Positions 22,341 to 34,904 of a stretch of DNA of 64,000 bases are shown here, one piece after another (position 1 is the first letter of the stretch; each line of letters starts with the position of its first letter). Both the position numbers and the translations under genes were made by a program. The notes beneath the pieces are model-generated. The model saw nothing but the letters and a program-made list of their open reading frames with translations, searched no databases and was not told the DNA's origin. The stretch spans positions 1,552,001 to 1,616,000 of the forward strand of contig CM075994.1 in NCBI GenBank assembly GCA_038087875.1, in the 5' to 3' direction. The stretch is from Malacoraja senta (Eukaryota).

Positions 22341-24196
22341 GGTTGAAAACTGGCAAGGCCAGGTATGGTAGCTCATAAAGATTGAGAGATCCTTCATAAA
22401 AAGATTACAAAACGATGGAAGTTATGCACTGACTAGAAAACAAAAAACAGGTGTCAATTCTGGAGGCTCCGTGTTAGAAAGGTGAAGAGGAAGAGGCGTT
22501 TCCCTGGAACACCGGCATTTTGTGTCTATCCAAGTCTGTCCAACCTCTTTGTAGCTAATACCTTCTAATCCTTCTAAGCGACTTTGAGTCCTGAAAAGCG
22601 CTATATAAAAAATTAAAAAATCTATTATTATTAATCCAGGTAGCATCTAGGTAAGAAAGAACTGAAGATGCTGGTTTAAACCGATGATAGACACAAAAAG
22701 CTGGAGTAACTCAGCGGGACAGGCATCATCCCGAGAGGAGAAATGGGTGACGTTTCAGATCAAGACAGTTCAGACTGAAAGGTCTCGACCCAAAACATCA
22801 ACCATTCCTTCTCTCCAGAGATGCTGCCTGTCCTGGTGAGTTGCCCCTTTTTGTGTCTATCTTTTAGCATCTTGGTAAACCTTTTCTGCACCCTCTCCAA
22901 AGCCTCCACATCCTATAATGGGGCAACCAGAAATGAACACCATACTACAAATGTGGTCTCTGGTAGCTCAAAGCCAAAACCTCTTTGAGTATGTGTTCCC
23001 TCCTCCACAGCATTCTCCACCACAAGTTATGGGAGTAGAATTAGGCCATTCAGCCCATCGACTCTACTCTGCCATTCAATCATGGCTGATCTCTGCCTCC
23101 TAATCCCACTTTCCTGCCTTCCCCATAACCCTTGACACTCGTTATAATCAAGAATTTGTTGATCTCTGCCTTAAGAATAGCCCTCTGTGACAATGTGTTC
23201 CACAGATTAAGTACCCACTGACTAATGAAGTACCTCCTCTCCTCCTTTCTAAAAGAGCGCCCTTTAATTCTGAGGCTGTGACCTCTGGTCCTAGACTCTC
23301 CCACCAATGAAAATATACTTTCCACATCCACTCTTTCCTCCTGGTATCTCCACTCGTGGTCCACCCCAGGCCACTGTGAAAGTCACCCGCTCAGCAGTGA
23401 CCGTGGGAAATGCTTGGCCTCGGCACCCCACAGGAAAGAAGCGGAGGTAGTGGAGCGCTGACTTTCACGACAAATGCAAGCATTAAACCTTGCACCGTTG
23501 CACAATTTCCACTCCCGCCCATTCCAGGCTTGTCGCACGATCTGCCCTAGTGCTGTTTGTTATCCTGTAATTTATCACCAAGTGCTACACGGTCAAAGGG
23601 TTAACTGATCACGCCCCTGTGTTAATACATAATACATGACCTTTAAGGTAAGTGAATAATATTTTGATTGTTCATTCCCTTCACACATTGGTTTAATCTT
23701 TTGATAAATGTGATGTCAGAAGCCAAGAAACACTAGCTTTCCTGATTCACGGTTGTCACTGGCACGCTACAGGGTTGGGATTCCACACCCACAGTTCAAT
23801 GTAAGTTTATTTAGTTTTAGTTATGGTTTAGGTTTAGTTTCTCTTCAGTTTTAGTTTAGAAATACAGCACGGAACAGGCTCCCGGGCCCACCGAGTCCAC
23901 GTCAGCCAGAGATTCCCGCACACTAGCACTATGCTACGCACACTGGGACAATTTACAATTTTATCAAACCCAATTAACCTACAAAACTGTATGGATTTGG
24001 AGTGTGGGAAGAGCACCCAGAGAAAACCCACGCGGTCACGGAGAACGTAAAATTCCGTACAGACAGCACCCGTAGTCAGGATCGAACCCTGGTCTCTGGC
24101 GCTGTAAGGCAGCAACTCTGCTGCCCCGAGTTTTAGTTTTGTTGTCATGTGTACCAAGGTACAGTGAAAAGGCTTTTTGTTATATGCTATCCAGTC

Positions 24197-26070
24197 AATA
24201 GACAATAGGTGCAGGAGTAGGCCATTCGGCCCTTCGAGCCAGCACCGCCATTTAATGTGATCATGGCTGATCATCCCCAAATAGTACCCTGTTCTTGCCT
24301 TGTCCCCATATCCCCTGACTCCGCTATTTTTAAGAGCCCGATCTAGCTCTCTCTTGAAAGCATCCAGAGAACCTGCCTCCACCGTCCTCTGAGGCAGAGA
24401 ATTCCACAGACTCACAACCCTCTGTGAGAAAAAGTTTCCTCATCTCCATTCTAAATGGCTTACTCCTTATTCTTAAACTGTGGCCCCTGGTTCTGGACTC
24501 CCCCAACTTCGGGAACATGTTTCCTGCCTCTAGCGTGTCCAAACCCTTAACAATCTTATATGTTTCAAGGAGATTCCCTCTCATCCTTCTAAACTCCAGA
24601 GTGTACAAGCCCAGCTGCTCCATTCTCTCAGCATATGACAGACCCGTCATCCCGGGAATTAACCTTGTAAACCTACGCTGCACTCCCTCAATAGCAAGAA
24701 TATCCTTCCTCAAATTAGGAGAAGAAAACTGCACACAATACTCCAGGTGTGGTCTCACTAGGGCTCTGTACAACTGCAGAAGGACCTCTTTGCTCCTATA
24801 TTCGACTCCTCATGTTATAAAGGCCAACATGCCATTCGCTTTCTTCACTGCCTGCTGTACCTGCATGCTTACTTTCATAGACTGGTGTACAAGGACCCCC
24901 AGATCCCGTTGTACTTCCCCTTTTCCCGAACTTGACATAATTTAGATAGTAATCTGCCTTCCTGTATTTGCTACCAAAGTGGATAACCTCACATTTATCC
25001 GCATTAAACTTCTAGAAACATAGAAAATAGGTGCAGGAGGAGGCCATTCGGCCCTTCGAGCCAGCACGCCATTCATTATGATCTGCCATGCATCTGCCCA
25101 CTCCCCCAACCTGTCCAAGTCACCCTGCATTCTCATGGCATCCTCCTCACAGTTCACACTGCCACCCAGCTTTGTGTCATCTGCAAATTTGCCAATGTTA
25201 CTTTGAATCCCTTCATCCAAATCATTGATGTAATTTGTAAATAGCTGCGGTCCCAGCACCGAGCCTTGCGGTACCCCACTAGTCACTGCCTGCCATTCTG
25301 AAAGGGACTCGTTAATCCCTACTCTTTGTTTCCTGTCTGCCAACCAATTTTTTATCCATGTCAGCACTCTACCCCCAATACCATGTGCCCTAATTCTGCC
25401 CACTAATCTCCTATGTGGGACCTTATCAAATGCTTTCTGAAAGTCCAGGTACACTACATCCACTGGCTCTCCCTTGTCCATTTTCCTTGTTACATCTTCA
25501 AAAAATTCCAGAAGATTAGTCAAGCATGATTTCCCCTTCGTAAATCCATGCTGGCTCGGACCGATCCTGTTACTGCTATACAAATGTGCGGCTATTTCAT
25601 CTTTTATAATTGACTCCAGAATCTTCCCCACCACCGATGTCACGCTAACTGGTCTATAATTCCCTGTTTTCTCTCTCCCGCCTTTCTTAAAAAGTGGGAT
25701 AACGTTAGCTACCCTCCAATCCACAGGAACTGATCCTGAGTCTATAGAACATTGGAAAATTATCACCAATGCATCCACGATTTCTAGAGCCACTTCCTTA
25801 AGTACCCTGGGATGCAGACCATCAGGCCCTGGGGATTTATCAGCCTTCAGTCCCATCAGTCTATCCAACACCATTTCCTGCCTAATGTGGAATTCCTTCA
25901 GTTCCTCCATCACCCCAGATCCTCTGGCCACTACTATATCAGGAAGATTGTTTGTGTCCTCCTTAGTGAAGACAGATCCAAAGTACCTGTTCAACTCATC
26001 TGCCATTTCCTTGTTCCCCATAATAAATTCACCTTTTTCGGTCTTCAAGGGTCCAACTTTGGTCTTAACT
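24197..26070 (-). mobile_element. 5'-truncated CR1-clade LINE (RT plus 3' UTR) with a ~67-bp CR1 3'-end insert at ~25014-25080
   Basis: 368-aa ORF with [25 protein letters not shown] and FADD motifs; 3' UTR and a short repeat tail. Confidence 0.93.
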
Positions 26071-26199
26071 AATTGTCAGTATACATGATTTCAATCAAGC
26101 CGCCACAGTAACAGGATAAAGGGATTAACAACATCCAGGAATCACACACAATTAAAATCCCGTCAACAGTGCAGTCCCCACACCAAGAGCAACACCTCG

Positions 26200-26372
26200 A
26201 GACCCACCCGGCTCGGACCTGCCCCGCAAAGAGTGGGTCGCCCTGAACCAGCTCCATACAGGGGTCGGCCGGTTCAACGCCAACATGCATCGCTGGGGGC
26301 TGCGTTCATCATCAGCCTGCGTGTGTGGAGCAGACCAGCAAACAGCACAGCGCGTCATTTTCGACTGCTGTC
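26200..26372 (+). mobile_element. Ingi/Vingi-like LINE C-terminal zinc-knuckle fragment
   Basis: Translates as PPGSDLPRKEWVALNQLHTGVGRFNANMHRWGLRSSSACVCGADQQTAQRVIFDC (LNxLxTG..CxCG..QT..C). Confidence 0.65.
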
Positions 26373-27843
26373 CTCCACCATTCAATATGATCATGGCTGA
26401 TCATCCAACTCAGTATCCTGTACTTGCCTTCTCTCCATACCCCCTGATCCCTTTAGCCACAAGGGCCACATCTAACTCCCTCTTAAATATAGCCAATGAA
26501 CTGGCCTCAACTACCTTCTGTGGCAGAGAATTCCAGAGATTCACCACTCTCTGTGTGAAAAATGTTTTTCTCATCTCGGTCCTAAAAGATTTCCCCCTTA
26601 TCCTTAAACTGTGACCCCTTGTTCTGGACATCCCCAACATTGGGAACAATCTTCCTGCATTTAGCCTGTCCAACCCCCTAAGAATTTTGTAAGTTTCTAT
26701 AAGATCCCCCCTCAATCTTCTAAATTCTAGCGAGTACAAGCCGAGTCTATCCAGTCTTTCTTCATATGAAAGTCCTGACATCCCAGGAATCAGTCTGGTG
26801 AACCTTCTCTGTACTCCCTCTATGGCAAGAATGTCTTTCCTCAGATTAGGAGACCAAAACTGTACGCAATACTCCAGGTGTGGTCTCACCAAGACCCTGT
26901 ACAACTGCAGTAGAACCTCTCTGCTCCTATACTCTAATCCTTTTGCTATGAATGCTAACATACCATTCGCTTTCTTCACTGCCTGCTGCACCTGCATGCC
27001 TACTTTCAATGACTGGTGTACCATGGCACCCAGGTCTCGTTGCATCTCCCCTTTTCCTAATCGGCCACCATTCAGATAATAGTCTACTTTCCTGTTTTTG
27101 CCACCAAAGTGGATAACCTCGCATTTATCCACATTATACTGCATCTGCCATGCATTTGCCCACTCACCCAGCCTACCCAAGTCACCTTGCAGCCTCCTAG
27201 CAACCTCCTCACAGCTAACACTGCCCCCCCAGCTTTGTGTCATCCGCAAACTTGGAGATGTTGCATTCAATTTCCTCGTCCAAATCAATAATATATATTG
27301 TAAATAACTGGAGACCCAGCACTGAGCCTTGCGGTACCCCACTAGTCACTGCCTGCCATTCTGAAAAGGACCCGTTTACTCCTACTCTTTGCTTCCTGTC
27401 TGCCAGCCAGTTCTCTATCCACATCAATACTGAACCCCCAATACTGTGTGCTTTAAGTTTGTATACTAATCTCTTATGCGGGACCTTGTCGAAAGCCTTC
27501 TGAAAGTCGAGATATAACACATCCACTGGTTCTCCCTTATCCACTCTACTAGTTACATCCTCGAAAAATTCTATAAGATTCGTCAGACATGATTTACCTT
27601 TCATAAATCCATGCTGACTGTCCAATGATTTCACCACTTTCCAAATGTGCTGCTATCCCATCTTTAATAACTGACTCTAGCAGTTTCCCCACTACCGATG
27701 TTAGACTAACTGGTCTGTAATTCCCCGTTTTCTCTCTCCCTCCCTTTTTAAAAAGTGGGGTTACATTAGCTACCCTCCAATCCTCAGGAACTACTCCAGA
27801 ATCTAAAGAGTTTTGAAAAATTATCACTAATGCATCCACTATT

Positions 27844-30800
27844 GGAACCCGAGGGGGACCAATATCCTGGCGGGGAGGTTTGCAAAGGCTACTGGGGAGA
27901 CTTTAAACTAGAACGGTTGGGGGGAGGGACTCAAATAGAGAAAGCTAGTAGAAAATGTGGGAGGCAGGAGGCAGAGAAGGGAAGCACTCGGACCCAAAAT
28001 GTAGGGGAGAAAGAAGAAAAAGATAATAAACAGAGAATAAGTGGTGGTGGGTTTCTTAAATGTGTATATTTTAATGCTAGGAGCATTGTAAGAAAGGTGG
28101 ATGAGCTTAGAGCCTGGATTGACACCTGGAAGTATGATGTTGTGGCGATCAGTGAAACATGGTTGCATGAGGGCTGTGATTGGAAACTAAATATTCCAGG
28201 ATTTCGTTGCTTCAGGGGTGATAGAATTGGAGGGGCAAGAGGTGGGGGTGTTGCATTGCTTGTCAAGGAAGATATTACAGCAGTGCTTTGGCAGGATAGA
28301 TTAGAGAGCTTGTCTAGGGAGGTTATTTGGGTGGAACTGAGAAATGGGAAAGGTGTAGCAACACTTATAGGGGTGTACCACATAAGAGATTAGGATACAA
28401 ACTTAAATCACACGGTATTGGGGGTTCAGTATTGATGTGGATAGAGAACTGGCTGGCAAACAGGAAGCAAAGAGTAGGAATAAACGGGTCCTTTTCACAA
28501 TGGCAGGCAGTGACTAGTGGGGTACCGCAAGGCTCAGTGCTGGGACCCCAGCTATTTACAATTTATATTAATGATCTGGACGAGGGAATTGAAAGCAACA
28601 TCTCCAAGTTTGCGGATGACACTAATTTGGGGGGCAGTGTTAGCTGTGAGGAGGATGCTAGGAGACTGCAAGGTGACTTGGATAGGCTGGGTGAGTGGGC
28701 AAATGTTTGGCAGATGCAGTATAATGTGGATAAATGTGAGGTTATCCACTTTGGTGGCAAAAACGGGAAGGCAGACTATCTTCTAAATGGTGGCCGATTA
28801 GGAAATGGGGAGATGCAGCGAGACCTGGGTGTCATGGTACACCAGTCATTGAAAGTAGGCATGCAGGTGCAGCAGGCAGTGAAGAAAGCGAATGGTATGT
28901 TGGCCTTCATAGCAAGAGGATTTGAGTATAGGAGCAGGGAGGTTCTACTGCAGTTGTACAGGGTCTTGGTGAGACCACACCTGGAATATTGCGTACAGTT
29001 CTGGTCTCCAAATCTGAGGAAGGACATTATAGCTATAGAGGGAGTGCAGAGAAGGTTCACCAGACTGATTCCTGGGATGTCAGGACTTTCATATGAAGAA
29101 AGACTGGATAGACTTGGCTTATACTCGCTAGAATCTAGAAGATTGAGGGGGGATCTTATGGAAACGTACAAAATTCTTATGGGGTTGGACAGGCTAGATG
29201 CAGGAAGATTGTTCCCGATGTTGGGGAAGTCCAGGACAAGGGGTCACAGCTTAAGGATAAGGGGGAAATCCTTTAAGACCGAGATGAGGAAAAACTTTTT
29301 CACACAGAGAGTGGTGAATCTCTGGAACTCTCTGCCACAGAGGGTAGTTGAGGCCAGTTCATTGGCTATATTTAAGAGGGAGTTAGATGTGGCCCTTGTG
29401 GCTAAGGGGATCAGGGGGTATGGAGAGAAGGCAGGTACGGGATACTGAGTTGGATGATCAGCCATGATCATATTGAATGGCGGTGCAGGCTCGAAGGGCC
29501 GAATGGCCTACTCCTGCACCTATTTTCTATGTATCTATGTATTATAGACCGCCAAATGGGGAGCGAGAATTGGAAGAGCAAATATGTAAGGAGATAGCAG
29601 ATATTAGTAGTAAGCACAAGGTAGTGATTGTGGGAGATTTCAATTTTCCACACATAGACTGGGAAACACATTCTGTAAAAGGGCTGGATGGTTTGGAGTT
29701 TGTAAAATGTGTGCAGGAAAGTTTTTTGCAGCAATACATAGAGGTACCTACTAGAGAAGAGGCAGTGCTGGACCTCCTGTTCGGAAATGGGACAGGGCAG
29801 GTGGCGGAGGTATGCGTTGGGGAGCACTTCGGGTCCAGTGATCACAATACCATTAGTTTCAATATAATTATGGAGAGGGTCAGAACTGGACCTAGGGTTG
29901 AGATTTTTGATTGGAGAAAGACTAACTTTGAGGAGATACGAAAGGATTTAAAAGGAGTGAATTGGGACGTTGTTTTATGGGAAGGACGTAGAAGAGCTTT
30001 GGAGGACATTTAAAGGTGAAATTTTAAAAGTACTGAATCTTTATGTCCCTGTTCTGTTGAAAGGAAATAGTAAAAATTGGAAAGAGCCAAGGTTTTCAAG
30101 GGAAATTGGACACGGTTCGGAAAAAGAGAGAGATTTACAATAATTATATGCAACATGGAGTAAATGAGGTGCTTGAGGAGTATAAAGAATGTAAAAAGAA
30201 TATTAAGAAAGAAATTAGAAAAGCTAAAAGAAGATATGAGGTTGCTTTGGCAAGTAAGGTGAAAGTAAATCCAAAGGGTTTCTACAGCTATATTAATAGC
30301 AAAAGGATAACAAGGAATAAAATTGGTCCATTAGAGAGTCAGAGTGGACAGCTATCTGCAGAACCAAAAGAGATGGGGGAGATATTGAACAATTTCTTTT
30401 CTTCGGTATTCACCAAGGAGAAGGATATTGAATTATGTGAGGTAAGGGAAACAAGCAGAGTAGTAATGGAAACTATGAGATTCAAAGAAGAGGAGGTGCG
30501 GACACTTTTGAAAAATATGAAAACGGATAAGTCTCCAGGTCCTGACAGGATATTCCCTATGACATTGAGGGAAGTTAGTGTAGAAATAGCAGGGGCTATG
30601 ACAGAAATATTTCAAATGTCATTAGAAACGGGAATAGTGCCGGAGGATCGGCGTACTGCGCATGTTGTTCCGTTGTTTAAAAAGGGTTCTAAGAGTAAAC
30701 CTAGCAATTATAGGCCTGTTAGTTTGACGTCAGTGGTGAACAAATTAATGGAAAGGATACAGAGATAATATATATAAGCATCTGGATAAGCAGGGTCTGA

Positions 30801-32100
30801 TTAGGAACAGTCAACATGGATTTGTGCCTGAATCTTCTTGAATTTTTCGAAGAGGTTACTAGGGAAATTGATGAGGGTAAAGCAGTGGATGTTGTCTATA
30901 TGGACTTCAGTAAGGCCTTTGACAAGGTTCCTCATGGAAGGTTGGTTAAGAAGATTCAATTGTTGGGTATTAATGGTGGAGTAGCAAGATGGATTCAACA
31001 GTGGCTGAATGGGAGATGCCAGAGAGTAATGGTGGATGGCTGTTTGTCAGGTTGGAAGACGGTGACTAGTGGGGTGCCTCAGGGGTCTGTGTTGGGTCCA
31101 CTGTTGTTTGTCATGTACATCAATGATCTGGATGATGGTGTGGAAAATTGGATTAGTAAGTATGCAGATGATACTAAGATAGGTGGTGTTGTGGATAATG
31201 AAGTAGATTTTCAAAGTCTACAGAGAGATTTAGGCCATTTGGAAGAGTGGGCTGAAAGATGGCAGATGGAGTTTAATGCTGATAAATGTGAGGTGCTACA
31301 TCTTCGCAGGACAAATCAAAATAGGACGTACATGGTAAATGGTAGCGAATTGAAGAATGCAGTTGAACAGATGGATCTAGGTATAACTGTGCATAGTTCC
31401 CTGAAGGTGGAATCTCATGTAGATAGGGTGGTAAAGAAAGCTTTTGGTGTGCTGGCCTTTATAAATCAGAGCATTGAATATAGAAATTGGGATGTCATGT
31501 TAAAATTGTACAAGGCATTGGTGAGGCCAATTCTGGAGTATGGAGTACAATTTTGGTCGCCTAATTATAGGAAGGATGTCAACAAAATAGAGAGAGAGTA
31601 CAGAGGAGATTTACTAGAATGTTGCCTGGGTTTCAGCAACTAAGTTACAGAGAAAGGTTGAACAAGTTAGGTCTTTATTCTTTAGAGCGCAGAAGGTTAA
31701 GGGGGGACTTGATAGAGGTCTTTAAAATGATGAGCGGGTTAGACAGAGTTGACGTGGATAAGCTTTTCCCATTGAGAGTAGGGAAGATTCAAACAAGGGG
31801 ACATGACTTGTGAATTAAGGGACAGAAGTTTAGGGGTAACATTAGGGGGAACTTCTTTACTCAGAGAGTGGTAGCTGTGTGGAATGAACTTCCAGTGGAA
31901 GTGGTGGAGGCAGGTTCGATTTTATCCTTTAAAAATAGATTGGATGGGTATATGGACGGGAAAGGAATGGAGGGTTATGGTCTGAGTGCAGGTAGATGGG
32001 ACTGGGGGGAAGAAAGAAGGGGGGGGGGAAGTGTTCGGCACGGACTTGAAGGGCCAAGATGGCCTGTTTCTGTGCTGTAATGGTTATATGGATATATGGT
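27844..32100 (+). mobile_element. CR1-clade LINE 'C' (ORF1 end, endonuclease, RT, 3' tail), from a different subfamily and frameshifted
   Basis: FNARSI..ISETWL, YRPP, VGDFN, SDH and YADD motifs; ends in an (ATGGTTAT)-type tail. Confidence 0.88.
28378..29540 (+). mobile_element. 5'-truncated CR1 LINE 'D' nested in the endonuclease region of C
   Basis: Open RT C-terminus (ORF 28327-29448), 3' UTR and TTCTATGTATCTATGT tail; the host reads GV|YYRPP across the insertion. Confidence 0.88.
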
Positions 32101-34148
32101 TATTTCTGGGGCTACTTCCTTAAATACTCTGGGATGCAGCTTATCTGGCCCTGGCGGTTTATCGGCCTTTAATCCATTCAATTTACCTAACACCACTTCC
32201 CGGCTAACCTGGATTTCACTCAGTTCCTCCATCTCATTTGACCCGCGGTCCCCTGCTATTTCCGGCAGATTATTTATGTCTTCCTTAGTGAAGACAGAAC
32301 CAAAGTAGTTATTCAATTGGTCTGCCATGTCCTTGTTCCCCATGATCAATTCACCTGTTTCTGACTGCAAGGGACCTACATTTGTTTTAACTAATCTTTT
32401 TCTCTTCACATATCTATAAAAACTTTTGCAGTCAGTTTTTATGTTCCCTGCCAGTTTTCTTTCATAATCTATTTTCCCTGTCCTAATTAAGCCCTTTGTC
32501 CTCCTCTGCTGGACTCTGAATTTCTCCCAGTCCTCTGGTAGGCTGCTTTTTCTGGCTAATTTGTATGCTTCATCTTTTGTTTTGATACTATCCCTGATTT
32601 CCCTTGTTATCCACAGAAGCACTACCTTACCTGATTTATTCTTTTGCCAAACTGGGATGAACAATTGTTATAGTTCATCCATGCAGCCTTTAAATGCCTT
32701 CCATTGCATATCCACCTTTAAGAATCAATTGCCAGTCTATCTTGGCCAATTCACGTCTCATACCCTCAAAGTTACCTTTCTTTAAGTTCAGAACCCTTGT
32801 TTTTGAATTAATTATGTCACTCCATCCTAATGAAACTCAACCATATTATGGTCACTCTTGCCCAAGGGGCCACGCACAACAAGACTGCTAACTAACCCTT
32901 CCTCATTACTCAATACCAATTCTAGGATAACCTGCTCTCTCGTTGGTTCCTCTACATGTTGGTTTAGAAAACTATCCCGCATACATTCCAAGAAATCCTC
33001 TTCCTCAGCACCCCTGCCAATTTGATTCACCCAATCTATATGTAGATTAAAGTCACCCATTATAACTGTTTTACCTTTGTTCCTGTTTGATGCCATCCCC
33101 AACTCCACTACTACTGTTAGGTGGCCTGTACACAACTCCCACTAGCGTTTTCTGCCCCTTAGTGTTTCACAGCTCTACCCATATCGATTCCACATCCTCC
33201 AAGCTAATGTCCTTCCTTTCTATTGCGTTAATCTCCTCTCTAACCAGCAACGCTACCCCACCTCCTTTTCCTTTCTGTCTATCCCTCCTGAATATTGAAT
33301 ATCCCTGGATGTTCAGCTCCCAGCCTTGGTCACCCTGTAGCCATGTCTCCGTGATCCCAACTATATCATAGTCATTAATAGCTATCTGCACATTCAACTC
33401 ATCCAACTTATTAGGGATGGTAGATGGTTCAATGGTGCTTTATTGTCACATGTACCAATGCATAATTAAATTATTTTCTTACAAATAGCTCAGCAGAGTA
33501 TCACCATACCTAAGCCCATCCCCCCCGATTAGCAAGTGTACAGAAATAGTCCACTGCACCCACCTGCCAGAGGCGCCATTTTCAAAGTCCAGTCGGTGCT
33601 CTAGTTCTTATGAGCGGTGCCCGACCCAGGCGAGCCCCAGGCTGTTACAAGGCCTCCAGCCATCGCCTTCCTTGGACTTGTGGATTGAGCTGCTGCCTCA
33701 GGGCACCAGAGAGACCCGGGTTCGATCCTGACCTCGGGTGCTGTCTGTGTGTGGAGTTTGCACGTTCTCCCTATGACTGCGTGGGTTTCCTCTGGGTGCC
33801 CCGGTTTCCTCCCACATACCAAAGACGTGTGGGTTTGTAGGTAAATTTCCCCTAGTGTGTAGGAAATGGGTGAGAAAGTGGGAAAACATGGAACTAGTGT
33901 GAACAGGTGATCGATGGTCAGCGTGGACTCGGTAGGCTGAATGGCCTGTTTCCATGCTGTATCTCTAAACTAAACCACACATGTTTCTGCATTGAAGAAT
34001 ATTTCCTGGTCTTATCTCCAAATTACCAATTTAAAGTGCAAACTTCAGCCCCACAATTCTACTCCTTAAACGTAATTGATATGTTGCAGTAGGCAGCTAC
34101 AGTGAAAAGCTTTGTTTTGCATGTTATCTAAACAAATGAGATAAGACT

Positions 34149-34503
34149 ATACATAAATCCAATCGAATGTACACTGAAGTGTTCTGAAGAAGGCCTCCAA
34201 CTGGAAACGTCGCGTATCCAAGTTCTCCAGAGATGCTGTCTGACCCACTGAGTTACTCCAGCACTTTGTGTCTTTCATTGTTTTACTTAGTTGGGTAGAT
34301 AGACTAAGGAAATATAGCATGTCTCCAACTACTTTTTCCAACTTTTAAATACACTGTAGAAAGCATATTATCGGAGATAGACACAAAGTGCTGGAGTAAC
34401 TCAGTGGGTCAGACAGCATCTCTGGAGAACTTGGATACGCGACGTTTCCGGTCGGAGGCCTTCTTCAGACCACTTCAGTGTACATTCGATTGGATTTATG
34501 TAT
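34149..34503. repeat. ~125-bp inverted repeat (34149-34273 / 34379-34503) of Penelope-derived sequence plus flank
   Basis: The arms are near-perfect reverse complements; the same peptide appears in ORFs on opposite strands. Confidence 0.85.
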
Positions 34504-34904
34504 GCGTGATGTTGGAAAATGGATGGGTGAAGTTTCGGGTCGGCTCTGAAGAAGGGCTTCTTCACTCATCCTTTTTTTCCAAAGATTCTACCTGACCGGT
34601 GAGTTAATCCAGCACTTTGTGTCCATCTTTGGTAAAAAAACAGCATCTGCAGTTCTTTGTTTCTACACGTGTATCAGCTTGGTTTAGCAACAGCTCAAAA
34701 CTGCAAGAAATTGCAGAGATATGTGGATGTTGCCCAGTCCATTACACAGACCAACCTCCCCGCCCCTCTATGGACTCCGTCTATTCTTCACCTTGCCTCG
34801 GCAAAGTGGCCAACAGATTCAAGGATTATTTTCACTCGGTCATTCTTTCTTCTCACCTCACCTGTCAGGCAGTAGATACAAAAGCTTGAAAGCATGCATG
34901 TAAT

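Larger units (their letters stand above)
26375..33410 (-). mobile_element. CR1-clade LINE 'B' (most of ORF2), split by a nested insertion at ~27844-32100
   Basis: Endonuclease motifs at 33167-33406 (ITETWL, GGGVALL) and 32827-33135 (MGDFN, SDH); RT at 26410-27839. The halves rejoin as ..GCATCCACTATT|TCTGG.., as in the copy at 1-520. Confidence 0.88.

Noticed and set aside
24330..33406. Many long ORFs (150-373 aa) as host genes
   Set aside because: All are CR1 ORF2 fragments or their antisense shadows.
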